DNA from: an uncultured Calditrichota bacterium
GTDB lineage: Bacteria; Calditrichota; Calditrichia; JAJRVZ01
Reading direction: 5' to 3'
Length of the DNA stretch: 31,186 bases
Assembly (NCBI GenBank): GCA_964445625.1
Contig: CAYULK010000002.1
Coordinates: forward strand, 1-31,186
The notes below the pieces were generated by a model that saw nothing but the letters and a program-made list of their open reading frames with translations, did no database searches and was not told the DNA's origin. How positions within the stretch are numbered: position 1 is the stretch's first letter; each line of letters starts with the position of its first letter. Position numbers and translations under genes: made by a program. Positions 9,545-19,258 of the stretch are shown in pieces.

Positions 9545-12500
9545 TTATCTGGTCGTAATCTCATACACCTGATTCCAGTCATCATTCTTTGCAAAAATAA
9601 TTACCTCTTGTTTATTTCTATATCTAAGAGAAATCATATCCCGAACCTGGCCTGTCAAAGATAATCCACTATTCTGAATCGATACGGAGGTAAAGCTACC
9701 TGTACTATTTCCTATTAACAGAGTGCCGTAACTTGCATCGTATCTCCCGAGCTGGACATCGAGGCCATAGAAATTTCCAGCCAGGAGTAGATCCTTTGCA
9801 CCGTCAGCATTGAAATCTCTGGCCAAAATGGCATAAACAGGCGAAAACTGCGCCTCTGTGGGCAACGGTTGAATGCGGAATATTCCTTCCTCATTTCCAT
9901 AAAACACCGTTGTAGCGAATGTACCGGCTGTTTTAACAACTGCCTCATTTAGCTGTTCTGCGGAAAAAATATCTGTAATCTGCTTTCCGGCATAAGCAGC
10001 ATGAGTGGGAAATTTTTTCTTTAAATAGGGTAATTGCTTCATCAAATCCGGTCTTAATGGTAGGGGATAACTTTTCCCCAGTTTGTAATAGCATAGAATT
10101 TGTTCTATTAATCCATTTTTATCGAAATCGGATATGTAAATAGTCACGGGCTCGGATTGGGAGACCCGGATTTTAGAATTCTTGCCTAAATTACCGGCTA
10201 TCAGATCCACATACCCGTCCCCATTCAGATCATCCACTGTAACACAGTTCCACCAGCCATTGGTTTTCTCCAATCCAACTTTACCGGTAACATTGATCAG
10301 ACTATCTCCCGTATTTTTGAACAAGCTAACAGGCATCCATTCACCGACTACTACCAAATCCAGGTCTTTATCATTATCATAATCAAACCATTCTGCATCG
10401 GTTACCATACCCACATTTTTCAATTCTGGAGCATATTCCTCAGTGACTATCGAAAAATGTCCCTTACCATCATTCTCTAGCAGATAGCTAGTGGGTGAAA
10501 GTCCATATTTCCAGGGGATACTGCGGCTACCCACGAATAAATCCAAATCGCCATCACTATCAAAATCCCCCGGCACCACACATGAACCGCTGGAGCGAAT
10601 TCTCGGCAGGGCGTCGACAGACTGTGTAAAATCTCCTCTTCCGCTGTTGATATACAATCGGTCAATAAGGGCAGGCGCTGTCTTGGAATACTCATTGCCC
10701 CCGCTTACTACGTAAATGTCCAGGTCGCTATCTCCGTCCGCATCAAAAAAGGCGATTCCGACATCTTCGGAAATCTTTGCCTTTTGGAGCAGCAGTTCAT
10801 TGGTGTTTTTAAACTCTCCGGATACGGTCTGTACCAGTAATTTTCCCGCAGATCCTTTTGCGCCGCCGATGTATAAATCTTCCCATCCATCACCGTTTAT
10901 ATCACCTTTGGCTATTTTAGGTCCCTCGGTGGATAATTGATGAGGGATAAACAGTTCTCTTTGAAAATCGATAAATTCATTTTCAACATGTCGGTATTGT
11001 AGTGGTAACTCCTGGGAAATATCCCGAAAGATGGGATCTATATTTATGGGCAGATTCTGGGTATATAGTCGAGCATCTCTTTGATACAAGGTAAAAACCT
11101 GATCAACAGCCACATTCGTTTTGATATCTCTGGTTCCATCCGGCCAATCGACGATCAATGTATCTACCAGATTATTCTCTCCTAATCCGAAAGTGAGGAC
11201 ATAGTCAACAGAGGCCTGAAATCCCCTCATTGGTACCTGCTCCAGGACGAAGGTTTGCCGGTTGGCACATTGGAGTGTCACCTTCGATCCAATGGCAAAA
11301 GCGTTCATCCCTTCTCCAACCAGTTTCACCCTCAAATAATGATTGTCGGTCAGGGAATCGGCTTCGTTTCGATAGACAAAAGCCGGTTGATTGACATTGT
11401 TAATGACCAGGTCATTATCACCATCACCGTCCAGATCACCGTAAGCAACGCCATTCGAGAAGCTGGGAATATCCAATCCCCATTCCTTTGCCAGGTTAGT
11501 GAAAGTTAAATCTCCGTTATTACGAAAAGCATAATTTGAGAGTTTCGTGGAGGGAATTTTTCGTATGAGTTCGGGAAAATTGATGCGGTCGCCTTGTAAG
11601 ATTTTACGGATATTTTCTTTCTTCATAAGGTAGAAAAGATAGTCTTGGTCCGTGACATCCCGAAAAATTCCGGTTGAAACAAAGATATCCTTTAATCCGT
11701 CATTGTTTAAGTCTACAATCAACGCCCCCCAGCTCCAATCGGTCTCCGCCACACCGGCCAGCAGTCCAATTTCACTGAATAAAATTTGATGTTCTGGAGT
11801 GAAACCCCTGTTTAACTGTAGTACGTTCTGTGAAAATTGATGGTAATAGCCCCATTTGATTTTCTTTTTATTGAACTCAAAAGATTCAAAATTGAAGGTG
11901 GTTTTCAATCTGTAGTCATCTTCCGGTAGCATATCGGTTGCGAAAATATCCAGCAAGCCATCATTATTAAGATCGGCAATATCTCCACCCATAGAAGAGA
12001 GACTAATGTGTTGCATCATCTCTTCCAGTTTTTCTGTAAATGTGCCGTCATGATTATTGATATAAAGATAGTCCCGTTCGAAAAAATCATTGGCCACATA
12101 TATATCCGCCCACCGGTCATTGTTGATATCGCAAACCGATACTCCCAATCCAAACGTAATGACACTTCTAAAGATGCCTGCTTTTTCGCTAACATCCACG
12201 AATCTGCCATTATCATTTCGATATAACCAGTCTCCACCATTTTGATCCGGTTCATTGCGCAAATTTTTTGATAAATCAAAGGAGCTCATAGCCCGGAAAG
12301 CGTTATTAAGCACATAAAGATCTAAATCACCATCTTGGTCATAATCGAAGAAAGCAGCATGGGTGGAAAATCCCGGATTATCGATTCCGTATTCAGCCGC
12401 AGTTTCTATAAAGGTAGGTATACCATCTTCATTATTTCCCTGATTGAGAAAAAGCTCATTGGCTCGGTTGTCATCGTTGATGTTTCCAGAGTTGCAGACA

Positions 12501-12907
12501 TAAATATCCAGCTGTTGATCGCCGTTGATATCAACCAAACATACCCCAGTGGACCAGGTATGGCTTCCGGCAACTCCTGCTTGCTCCGTCACCTCCCTAA
12601 ACTGGAAATCACCTTGATTCAGGAATAATTTATTGGATTTCTGATTAGCGACCAGGTACACGTCAGGCAGGCCATCATTGTTGACATCTCCAATAGCCAC
12701 GCCACCGCCGTTATAGTAATTGCGATACTTAAAAACGTTAAAATCCGTTTCATCAACCAATGTATTTTCAAATTCCAGATCTGTATAATCACTGGGGAGC
12801 AAAGTAAACATACTATCAACGAGAATGTCAGGTGGTTTCTTATCACAGGAAGAGAGTAGAATAAGAATTATTCCACAAAGAAGGCAGATTATTTTCACTT
12901 TGTACAT
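9545..12907 (-). CDS. FG-GAP/VCBS-repeat + ASPIC/UnbV (CRTAC1-like) lipoprotein
   Basis: Lipobox LSSC at C21, many GDxNxDGxxD Ca-binding repeats, a central UnbV segment (IGSKVTL...RGFQAS...LTFGLG...VDWPDG), then a second set of FG-GAP repeats. Confidence 0.9.
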   Translation of the reverse strand: MYKVKIICLLCGIILILLSSCDKKPPDILVDSMFTLLPSDYTDLEFENTLVDETDFNVFKYRNYYNGGGVAIGDVNNDGLPDVYLVANQKSNKLFLNQGDFQFREVTEQAGVAGSHTWSTGVCLVDINGDQQLDIYVCNSGNINDDNRANELFLNQGNNEDGIPTFIETAAEYGIDNPGFSTHAAFFDYDQDGDLDLYVLNNAFRAMSSFDLSKNLRNEPDQNGGDWLYRNDNGRFVDVSEKAGIFRSVITFGLGVSVCDINNDRWADIYVANDFFERDYLYINNHDGTFTEKLEEMMQHISLSSMGGDIADLNNDGLLDIFATDMLPEDDYRLKTTFNFESFEFNKKKIKWGYYHQFSQNVLQLNRGFTPEHQILFSEIGLLAGVAETDWSWGALIVDLNNDGLKDIFVSTGIFRDVTDQDYLFYLMKKENIRKILQGDRINFPELIRKIPSTKLSNYAFRNNGDLTFTNLAKEWGLDIPSFSNGVAYGDLDGDGDNDLVINNVNQPAFVYRNEADSLTDNHYLRVKLVGEGMNAFAIGSKVTLQCANRQTFVLEQVPMRGFQASVDYVLTFGLGENNLVDTLIVDWPDGTRDIKTNVAVDQVFTLYQRDARLYTQNLPINIDPIFRDISQELPLQYRHVENEFIDFQRELFIPHQLSTEGPKIAKGDINGDGWEDLYIGGAKGSAGKLLVQTVSGEFKNTNELLLQKAKISEDVGIAFFDADGDSDLDIYVVSGGNEYSKTAPALIDRLYINSGRGDFTQSVDALPRIRSSGSCVVPGDFDSDGDLDLFVGSRSIPWKYGLSPTSYLLENDGKGHFSIVTEEYAPELKNVGMVTDAEWFDYDNDKDLDLVVVGEWMPVSLFKNTGDSLINVTGKVGLEKTNGWWNCVTVDDLNGDGYVDLIAGNLGKNSKIRVSQSEPVTIYISDFDKNGLIEQILCYYKLGKSYPLPLRPDLMKQLPYLKKKFPTHAAYAGKQITDIFSAEQLNEAVVKTAGTFATTVFYGNEEGIFRIQPLPTEAQFSPVYAILARDFNADGAKDLLLAGNFYGLDVQLGRYDASYGTLLIGNSTGSFTSVSIQNSGLSLTGQVRDMISLRYRNKQEVIIFAKNDDWNQVYEITTR

Positions 12908-12968
12908 AAAAGATATTTAGCCTGGTTAATTCATAGCGCAGCAATGCTGCAATCAAATTATTTAAGTA

Positions 12969-13097
12969 TCATGAAGAACACGAAGGTCACGAAGTTTTAA
13001 AAAATATTTATCCACAAATTTCACGAATTATCACGAATTAAAAAATATATTATAAAAAATCCGTGGAAATCCGTTTGATCCGTGTAATCCGCGTGCC
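12969..13097. repeat. Intergenic short-period repeat with imperfect inverted arms (CACGAAT units facing ATCCGTG units)
   Basis: CACGAAG twice, exact TCACGAATTA tandem at 13021-13040, an AT-rich centre, then ATCCGT three times plus ATCCGC at 9-10 nt period. Confidence 0.75.
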
Positions 13098-13323
13098 ATT
13101 AATATCATTGCATCTTTGCTATATATATTCTCAGAGAGTAAAAGTTTTGCTAATCTCCCAGGCGATCCGTTGGAAATAACAAAGTTTTTAGCAGTAATAG
13201 CATAATTATTAGATTTATCAAATAACGACAGTAAAGCCCCTTTTGCTAAGGAGGGCTTAAATCGTTGATTATATGTTCCTTATACCCTTAAAACATCGGT
13301 TTTTTGAATAATTCAGGTTAATT

Positions 13324-13363
13324 GAAAAAAAAATAAACGGCCCTAAAAATCGGGGCCGTTTAT
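13324..13363 (-). terminator. Rho-independent terminator downstream of susD
   Basis: 11-bp inverted repeat ATAAACGGCCC (13333-13343) / GGGCCGTTTAT (13353-13363), followed on the minus strand by a T run. Confidence 0.8.
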
Positions 13364-13403
13364 AGACAAATTGTAGTAGAATAAAAATACTACGATATTA
13401 CAA

Positions 13404-14933
13404 TTAATATCCCGGATTTTGTGTCAGGTTGGGATTTGCATCCAACTGACTCTGCGGGATGGGAAAGATTCGTCTATACGGGCCATCACTTGCGGGTTTT
13501 AATGTCCATGCATCGAGAAAGTGCCCGGTTCTAACCAGATCTTGACGACGGAAACCCTCCCATAACATCTCAAAACCACGCTCATCAAGAATGCGATCCC
13601 GCAATTCTTTTTTAGTACTGAAATCAGCAAGAGAAAGTGGCACAAAAGGGTCAAAGCAACGTACCCTTACCGAGTCAATCAGGTCGAGACTTTCCTGGTT
13701 AGGCCCGTTGATTTCGTTCAAGGCTTCCGCTTTGCTGAGCAGGACATGCGGATAGCGAAAAATGGCGAAGTCATTCCCGGCATTTCCGCCACTCATATCA
13801 GGATCCACCTCCCACTTAAGGATGCGCACGCCATTTGATTCATTGGCGCCGAACAGGGGAGATTCTACAGTAAAATTCAATGTATCACCCTGGCGATCGA
13901 ATGCCTGGTCGCCTGCATTTGGCCCGCCTAAGACAAATTGAGGACCTACCAGCATATGGATAAAACGTACATCGCTGGTGTCGTAACTATTATAAAAGTC
14001 GGCCAGGACGGAAAATCCATTCCAAGGAGTCTGAGGCAACTGGTTGTAATGTAAGGTAGCCATGAAGCGTAAAAATCCCGAACCATCTAATGCCTTATTG
14101 GCAGTAACCAGAATGTTCTCTGGGTTATCAGGTCCTTCATTGGCCAGTTTGAAGTTATCCGCATATTTGGGCAACAGTTCATACAGGCCTGAATTAATTA
14201 CTGCGTTACAGGCCAATACACATTCATTCCACTTTGGTGTTCCGGTATAAACCTCGGCATTCAGATAAACTGTGGCTAGAAAAGTATTGGCAGCCCCTAA
14301 AGTTAACCGGCCGTAACTTTCCCGTCCAAATGTGTCTTTAATATCCGGCAATGCAGCTTCAACTTCTGCTACGATAAAATCGAATACTTCCTGCCTGGTA
14401 TTGGGAGTTGGAGGATTGTTCGGATCCGGGGATGCGGTAGTGACTATCGGCACCCCGCCGTATAGATCTATCAGCAACCAATAAAAATAGGCCCTAAGCA
14501 CTCTTACTTCCGCAATAGCGACGGGAATGAGGGCCGAGCCGCTGGTCGAGGTCTGTAAGTTTTCCAGGGTTGCATTGGCTCGTGCTACGCCAGTGAAATA
14601 ATCTTTCCATCCTCCATCTACGGCAGAGTTGGTAGCGTCCCAGTTATGTTCCTGCAATTGCCGCCACTTTCCTCCGTCATCCCAATCTCCGCCTCGCGTA
14701 GGTACAAATATCTCATCCGAGGATACTTCCTGCATGTGTATTCCTTCACCCCAGGACAATGTGCGGAGACTGCTATAGACCGGGACCACTGCCGCGATTA
14801 ACTCTTGCTCCGTTTTATAAAAATTATCCGGTGTTACCGAACTAAATGGCGACTCTGAGAGATCGGTACAGTTTGAAAAGATCATTAAAATTAAAAGGAA
14901 CGCCGGCAGAAAAAGAAATCTATGATTATTCAT
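13404..14933 (-). CDS. susD: RagB/SusD family nutrient-binding outer-membrane lipoprotein
   Basis: Lipobox FSNC; SusD hallmarks (Y.GVARAN, AEVRVLRAYFYWLLIDLYGGVP, FRYPHVLLSKAEA, ERGFEMLWEGFRRQDLVR, C-terminal NPNLTQNPGY); directly downstream of susC. Confidence 0.95.
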   Translation of the reverse strand: MNNHRFLFLPAFLLILMIFSNCTDLSESPFSSVTPDNFYKTEQELIAAVVPVYSSLRTLSWGEGIHMQEVSSDEIFVPTRGGDWDDGGKWRQLQEHNWDATNSAVDGGWKDYFTGVARANATLENLQTSTSGSALIPVAIAEVRVLRAYFYWLLIDLYGGVPIVTTASPDPNNPPTPNTRQEVFDFIVAEVEAALPDIKDTFGRESYGRLTLGAANTFLATVYLNAEVYTGTPKWNECVLACNAVINSGLYELLPKYADNFKLANEGPDNPENILVTANKALDGSGFLRFMATLHYNQLPQTPWNGFSVLADFYNSYDTSDVRFIHMLVGPQFVLGGPNAGDQAFDRQGDTLNFTVESPLFGANESNGVRILKWEVDPDMSGGNAGNDFAIFRYPHVLLSKAEALNEINGPNQESLDLIDSVRVRCFDPFVPLSLADFSTKKELRDRILDERGFEMLWEGFRRQDLVRTGHFLDAWTLKPASDGPYRRIFPIPQSQLDANPNLTQNPGY

Positions 14934-14960
14934 ATCTTGTCCTCCTATTCTCTTATTAAT

Positions 14961-17900
14961 CTATTTAAAGCCAATGTTTAAACCGATAGAAATGGTCCGG
15001 GCTCGGGGATAATTAGTATAGTCTACTCCGAGAGTAGCCACCGGGCCTCCGTTCTGCGCAATGGTGTTGACTTCCGGATCCAAGCCCTGGTAATCGGTCC
15101 AGATAAACAGATTATCGGCAGCCACGTAAACACGCAATTTTCTAAAAAAGGTAGTTTCAAAGGTGTACCCTATAGTTATGTTCTGCAAGCGGATATATGA
15201 TCCGTCTTCTATGAATCTGTCGGTATATTTAACCTGAGCCTGGGGGTCCATTCCATTTGCGACATCATCCAGTGCTCCGTGAAAGAGATTAATACCATTA
15301 AAAACATTGGAAGGCCGCTGGTATTCCAGACGGGTATTATTCAGGAGTTCAAATCCATGTACCCCCTGAAAGAAGAACAGAAAGTCAAAACCCTTCCAAG
15401 CCGTTATACTCGAGAAGCCCCAGGTAAAATCCGGCCGGGCGTTTCCTAAAACAAACCTGCCGTCATTAAGAGGTCCACCGGTGGTTGTTATTATTTCATT
15501 TCCATCGTCATCAAATCCCAGGAAACGAGGACCGAAGAATGTACCCAATGGCTGGCCGGGTAGGATAATTTGTGCCTGTACACCGGATAGTCCGGCGCCA
15601 CTAACCCTTCCGGTGGTAATATATTCCCGGCCTCCTAAATTGAGCACTTTATTTGAATTTGTGGCAAAATTAAATGTGGATCGCCAGAAAAGATCTCCCG
15701 AAGAGAGATTTATGGTATTCAGCGATATCTCAAGACCCTTATTCTCAACTTCTCCTGCATTTGCCAGCACGGTCGCTACCACTGCCGGTTGCGGGACATC
15801 AAAATTAATTAACAAATCCTTGGTTTTTTTGCTATAGACATCAATAGAACCTGAGATTCTGTTTTCCAGGAAACTGAAGTCTAATCCCAGGTTTATCTGG
15901 CTGGTTTCCTCCCATTTCAGATCGGGATTGGCCAACTGGGTCGCTGATACACCGGTTACTACCTTGTCTCCGATAACAGCATTGGCTCCCGGACCAAGGA
16001 TAACCAATGAATTATAATTACCAATATCCTCGTTTCCGGTGATGCCATAACTGAGTCTTAATTTTAAGTCATTCAAGATTTTAACATCTTTTAAAAATGA
16101 CTCTGACGAGAGACGCCATCCTACCGCAGCGGAAGGGAAGGTACCCCATTTATTCCCTTCTCCAAAGCGGGAAGATCCTTCATAGCGGAGGGCCAGATTG
16201 AACAGGTACTTATTATCAAGGCTATAAATGCCGCGCCCAAGAAAAGAAATCAAGCGATTATCTGCCCTGTAGGACCACGGTGAAACTGTAAAATCAGCTC
16301 CGCCTCCGAGGTTATTGGTTGACCAGGCGTCTGTGACAAAGTTTTGCGCAGTTGTCCCAAACCCCGAACTTTCGAATTCCTGGTAAGTATATCCTGCCAG
16401 GACTTCCAAGTCCTGATTACCACCGAGATTCGGTTGATACTTACCTGTTGCCTCAAAAAGTACATTTTTTGTGTCTGTACTTACGACATCGGCTCTTCCG
16501 CCAAAGGTCGCCGCATATGGTATACTATTTGGTTGATAAATGGACCGGGAAGCGTCGCTCCGGTCAAATCCAAAATTTATCCTTCCGGTTAATTCCGGAA
16601 TGAAGTCATATTCCACATTGAAATTGGCAAAAATCTGCATATTCTCGGATTGATCTTCGATAAGCTCAACCATGGCCACCGGGTTGCGGATATCGGGGCT
16701 GGCATAAGCATAAAAGGATCCATCGCTGTTCTTTACAGGGAGGGTAGGATTATGCTTTAAAACGTTGGTGAATAGTCCGCCCCGGAAACCCCCGATTTGT
16801 CGATACGGTGTGTTATTACGTGTGATGTAACTGGGATTTAAGCGCAAGCCCAATCGTAGTGTATTATCGTACATTTTATGCATAATGTTGAAACGGGCGG
16901 AAACTCTTTGTCGCGCGGAATTGAGTATAATACCCTGTTCATCAAGGTAGTTCAGTGAAACCAGGTATGTGGTAGTCGCGCTGCCGGAACTGTAAGAAAG
17001 AGTATGGCTCTGCGAATAGGCTGTTCTGGCAATTTCATCCTGCCAGTCCGTGTTGGCTGTTCCCATTTCGGGGGTTGCGCCTACCTGTGCCGCATAATCT
17101 CTGTATTCCTGGGCGCTTAATAAGTCATATTTACCATACTGACTTGAAGTGCTGGCAAAACCTGAGTAATTCAGGGCGGAGCCACCGGGTTGTCCACTCT
17201 TGGTTGTAATCAGGATCACGCCGTTTCCACCCCGGGCGCCATAAGTAGCAGCTGAAGAAGCATCCTTTAAAATATCAATAGATTCGATATCGTTGGGATC
17301 CAAATTACTGAGCGGGTTATCTCGTAGACCACCAGCAGGGTTGTCCTCGCCGGTTCCACCGCTAAGTCCCGTTGGATCAAACGTGGGAGTGGCTGAAACA
17401 TTTGCAACCGGTACACCGTCAATTACATACATCGGCTCGTTCGAAGCCGAAACAGATGTACCGCCCCTTATACGAATCATGGGCGCAAAGCCCAGATCTC
17501 CATTGCCCGTAACAATCTTTACACCGGCTATCCGGGACTGTGCCAGTTGCATAGGATTGGTAATGGCACCCCTGTTGAAATCTTGAGGACTCAAGGTGCC
17601 TATGGCATTGGTAACATCTTTCCGTTGCTGGGTGCCATACCCAATGACCACGATAGCTTCCGCAGAAAAGGCCTGAGGAATCAAACGAACATTAATCTCC
17701 TTACGGTCACCGACTGTTTCTTCCACATCTGTAAAACCCACGTACATAAAAACTAGTGTGTCCTGAGGAGAAACATCTTCCAGGAGATATACACCATCTA
17801 AATCTGTAGATGCTCCCTGCTGCGTATGCTTCACGATAACATTTGCTCCTGGTAGGGGGCTCCCATCTTCTGCGGAAATGATTACCCCTGTAACGCTAAT

Positions 17901-17972
17901 TCCCTGGGCAACCACCAGCCCCGCGAAAATTAAGCTTACCACCAGGCTAAACAGCAAATATTTTGCTTTCAT
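14961..17972 (-). CDS. susC: SusC/RagA family TonB-dependent receptor
   Basis: Signal peptide, N-terminal GxxLPGANV domain, VVIGYG, plug motifs (IRIRG, PMYVIDGVP, DIESIDILKDASSAATYGARGGNGVILITTK), NPDLKWE, C-terminal YPRARTISIGLNIGF; GGGAGG Shine-Dalgarno. Confidence 0.96.
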   Translation of the reverse strand: MKAKYLLFSLVVSLIFAGLVVAQGISVTGVIISAEDGSPLPGANVIVKHTQQGASTDLDGVYLLEDVSPQDTLVFMYVGFTDVEETVGDRKEINVRLIPQAFSAEAIVVIGYGTQQRKDVTNAIGTLSPQDFNRGAITNPMQLAQSRIAGVKIVTGNGDLGFAPMIRIRGGTSVSASNEPMYVIDGVPVANVSATPTFDPTGLSGGTGEDNPAGGLRDNPLSNLDPNDIESIDILKDASSAATYGARGGNGVILITTKSGQPGGSALNYSGFASTSSQYGKYDLLSAQEYRDYAAQVGATPEMGTANTDWQDEIARTAYSQSHTLSYSSGSATTTYLVSLNYLDEQGIILNSARQRVSARFNIMHKMYDNTLRLGLRLNPSYITRNNTPYRQIGGFRGGLFTNVLKHNPTLPVKNSDGSFYAYASPDIRNPVAMVELIEDQSENMQIFANFNVEYDFIPELTGRINFGFDRSDASRSIYQPNSIPYAATFGGRADVVSTDTKNVLFEATGKYQPNLGGNQDLEVLAGYTYQEFESSGFGTTAQNFVTDAWSTNNLGGGADFTVSPWSYRADNRLISFLGRGIYSLDNKYLFNLALRYEGSSRFGEGNKWGTFPSAAVGWRLSSESFLKDVKILNDLKLRLSYGITGNEDIGNYNSLVILGPGANAVIGDKVVTGVSATQLANPDLKWEETSQINLGLDFSFLENRISGSIDVYSKKTKDLLINFDVPQPAVVATVLANAGEVENKGLEISLNTINLSSGDLFWRSTFNFATNSNKVLNLGGREYITTGRVSGAGLSGVQAQIILPGQPLGTFFGPRFLGFDDDGNEIITTTGGPLNDGRFVLGNARPDFTWGFSSITAWKGFDFLFFFQGVHGFELLNNTRLEYQRPSNVFNGINLFHGALDDVANGMDPQAQVKYTDRFIEDGSYIRLQNITIGYTFETTFFRKLRVYVAADNLFIWTDYQGLDPEVNTIAQNGGPVATLGVDYTNYPRARTISIGLNIGFK

Positions 17973-18297
17973 GCTAACCTCCCTTATGAATTTAGTATAG
18001 CATTATCAAAAGTTTTTTCTAATGATGAATAGTTAGTATTTAATCAAAAACCGGATGATGGTAATTTATTGAACTTTAGAGTATAAATACTGAATCTCTA
18101 CCCTAAATTAGCCCACTGACTATTTTCGAAAGGGTGATACTATAGTTCTTTAATTATTTTGAAAACTGTCTTATAAACATAATCAGATCTATGCTGATGA
18201 ACATGAATGAATAAATAGAGAAACTCTTGCAGTAGAATAACCTGCATATCTTAGTATGATTTTTATTGTGATTGATTGTGATATACATGATAATATA

Positions 18298-18311
18298 GTT
18301 AAACGATTAAC
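18298..18311. promoter_or_regulatory. Putative LacI-family-type operator just downstream of the susC promoter
   Basis: GTTAAACGATTAAC: GTTAA/TTAAC arms around a central CG, placed about +5 to +18 relative to the predicted start site. Confidence 0.5.
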
Positions 18312-18322
18312 CAAGTGTTTAC

Positions 18323-18351
18323 AATTTACAACAATCAATTTTTTCTGTCAA
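18323..18351 (-). promoter_or_regulatory. Putative sigma70-type promoter for susC-susD
   Basis: Minus strand TTGACA (18351-18346), 17-nt spacer, TAAATT (18328-18323). Confidence 0.6.
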
Positions 18352-18691
18352 GAAAAAATATAAATAACTGTAAAAAGGTCATGAAACCCCGAAAATAGGG
18401 GCTGATGGGGACATGGATTATGACTTTGCTATGGCCATATACTAAAATGTAACTAACCAAGTTCTGTGGGATCAGGCCGGAATACTTCTATTTGTATTTA
18501 AAATAACAAGAATTTCGCTTTAATAATTGTAATAAAAATTTATCAAAATTAATTTGGAAAATAATCACTATATTTTGTAAAATCATGGGGCTATGCTAGT
18601 CAAACCCCTAAATAATTACGCTGTGTACTCTGCCTGCCCGGCTCAGACGGTTGATTATTTTTTCACTACCATTAAATATATAAGAGATAAA

Positions 18692-19258
18692 ATGAGATCA
18701 TTCAAACTTAAACAACGGATTATTAGGAGAATAGGGATTATATCTATTCTCGGTCTTTTTCTGATATCATGCGGCTCGTCGGTTCGTGTCCAATTTGATT
18801 ATCTTGAGGGTCATGATTTTAAACCCTATAAAACCTTCGATTTTTTGGTGGCACCCAATGATCTTCAAATGCATGATAAATCAATCCGGCGGATTAAAAA
18901 TGCAGTCATAAACGAACTGGAATTAAACGAATTTGAGATGAAATTTACTCAGCCTGATTTCTTAATTGCTATCCAGAAGAGTGTTGATTCAAAAATCAAC
19001 GTGACTAATTGGGGATATACATACGCACCATATAGCAATTATTACGGCGGATATGAATACTGGGGAACGCCAAGTATGAGTGTCTATAAATATGAGGAGG
19101 GAACCCTGGTTATTGACATTATCGATCCAAAGACGATGGATCTGATTTGGAGAGGGGTGGCGCAAAGAGCACTCCCACCCCGGCTTGATTCCGAACGGAT
19201 TCAGGAAATTATTAATGAAGCCGTACGCAGAGTACTTTATTACTGGCCACCGGATTAA
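18692..19258 (+). CDS. DUF4136-like lipoprotein
   Basis: Likely start ATG 18692 with lipobox LISC; motifs YKTFDF, PDFLI, YEEGTLVIDIID...LIWRG typical of DUF4136. Stop overlaps the convergent kinase stop (TTAA, 19255-19258). Confidence 0.82.
   Translation: MRSFKLKQRIIRRIGIISILGLFLISCGSSVRVQFDYLEGHDFKPYKTFDFLVAPNDLQMHDKSIRRIKNAVINELELNEFEMKFTQPDFLIAIQKSVDSKINVTNWGYTYAPYSNYYGGYEYWGTPSMSVYKYEEGTLVIDIIDPKTMDLIWRGVAQRALPPRLDSERIQEIINEAVRRVLYYWPPD

Noticed and set aside
1101-12907. Enediyne biosynthetic cluster, suggested by UnbV domains
   Set aside because: No enediyne PKS, thioesterase or other core genes; the UnbV proteins are lipoproteins next to susCD.
13234-13258. AAGCCC/GGGCTT hairpin as a second terminator
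   Set aside because: Short stem with a long loop and no clear U-tract; it may be a degenerate repeat, but support is insufficient.
17973-18297. Riboswitch or leader peptide (35-aa ORF at 18247-18140) in the susC leader
   Set aside because: No riboswitch consensus I can recognise; the ORF lacks a ribosome-binding site and any telling composition.
19255-19258. Functional meaning of the shared TTAA between convergent stop codons
   Set aside because: A 4-nt convergent overlap is common and does not by itself imply a functional link.
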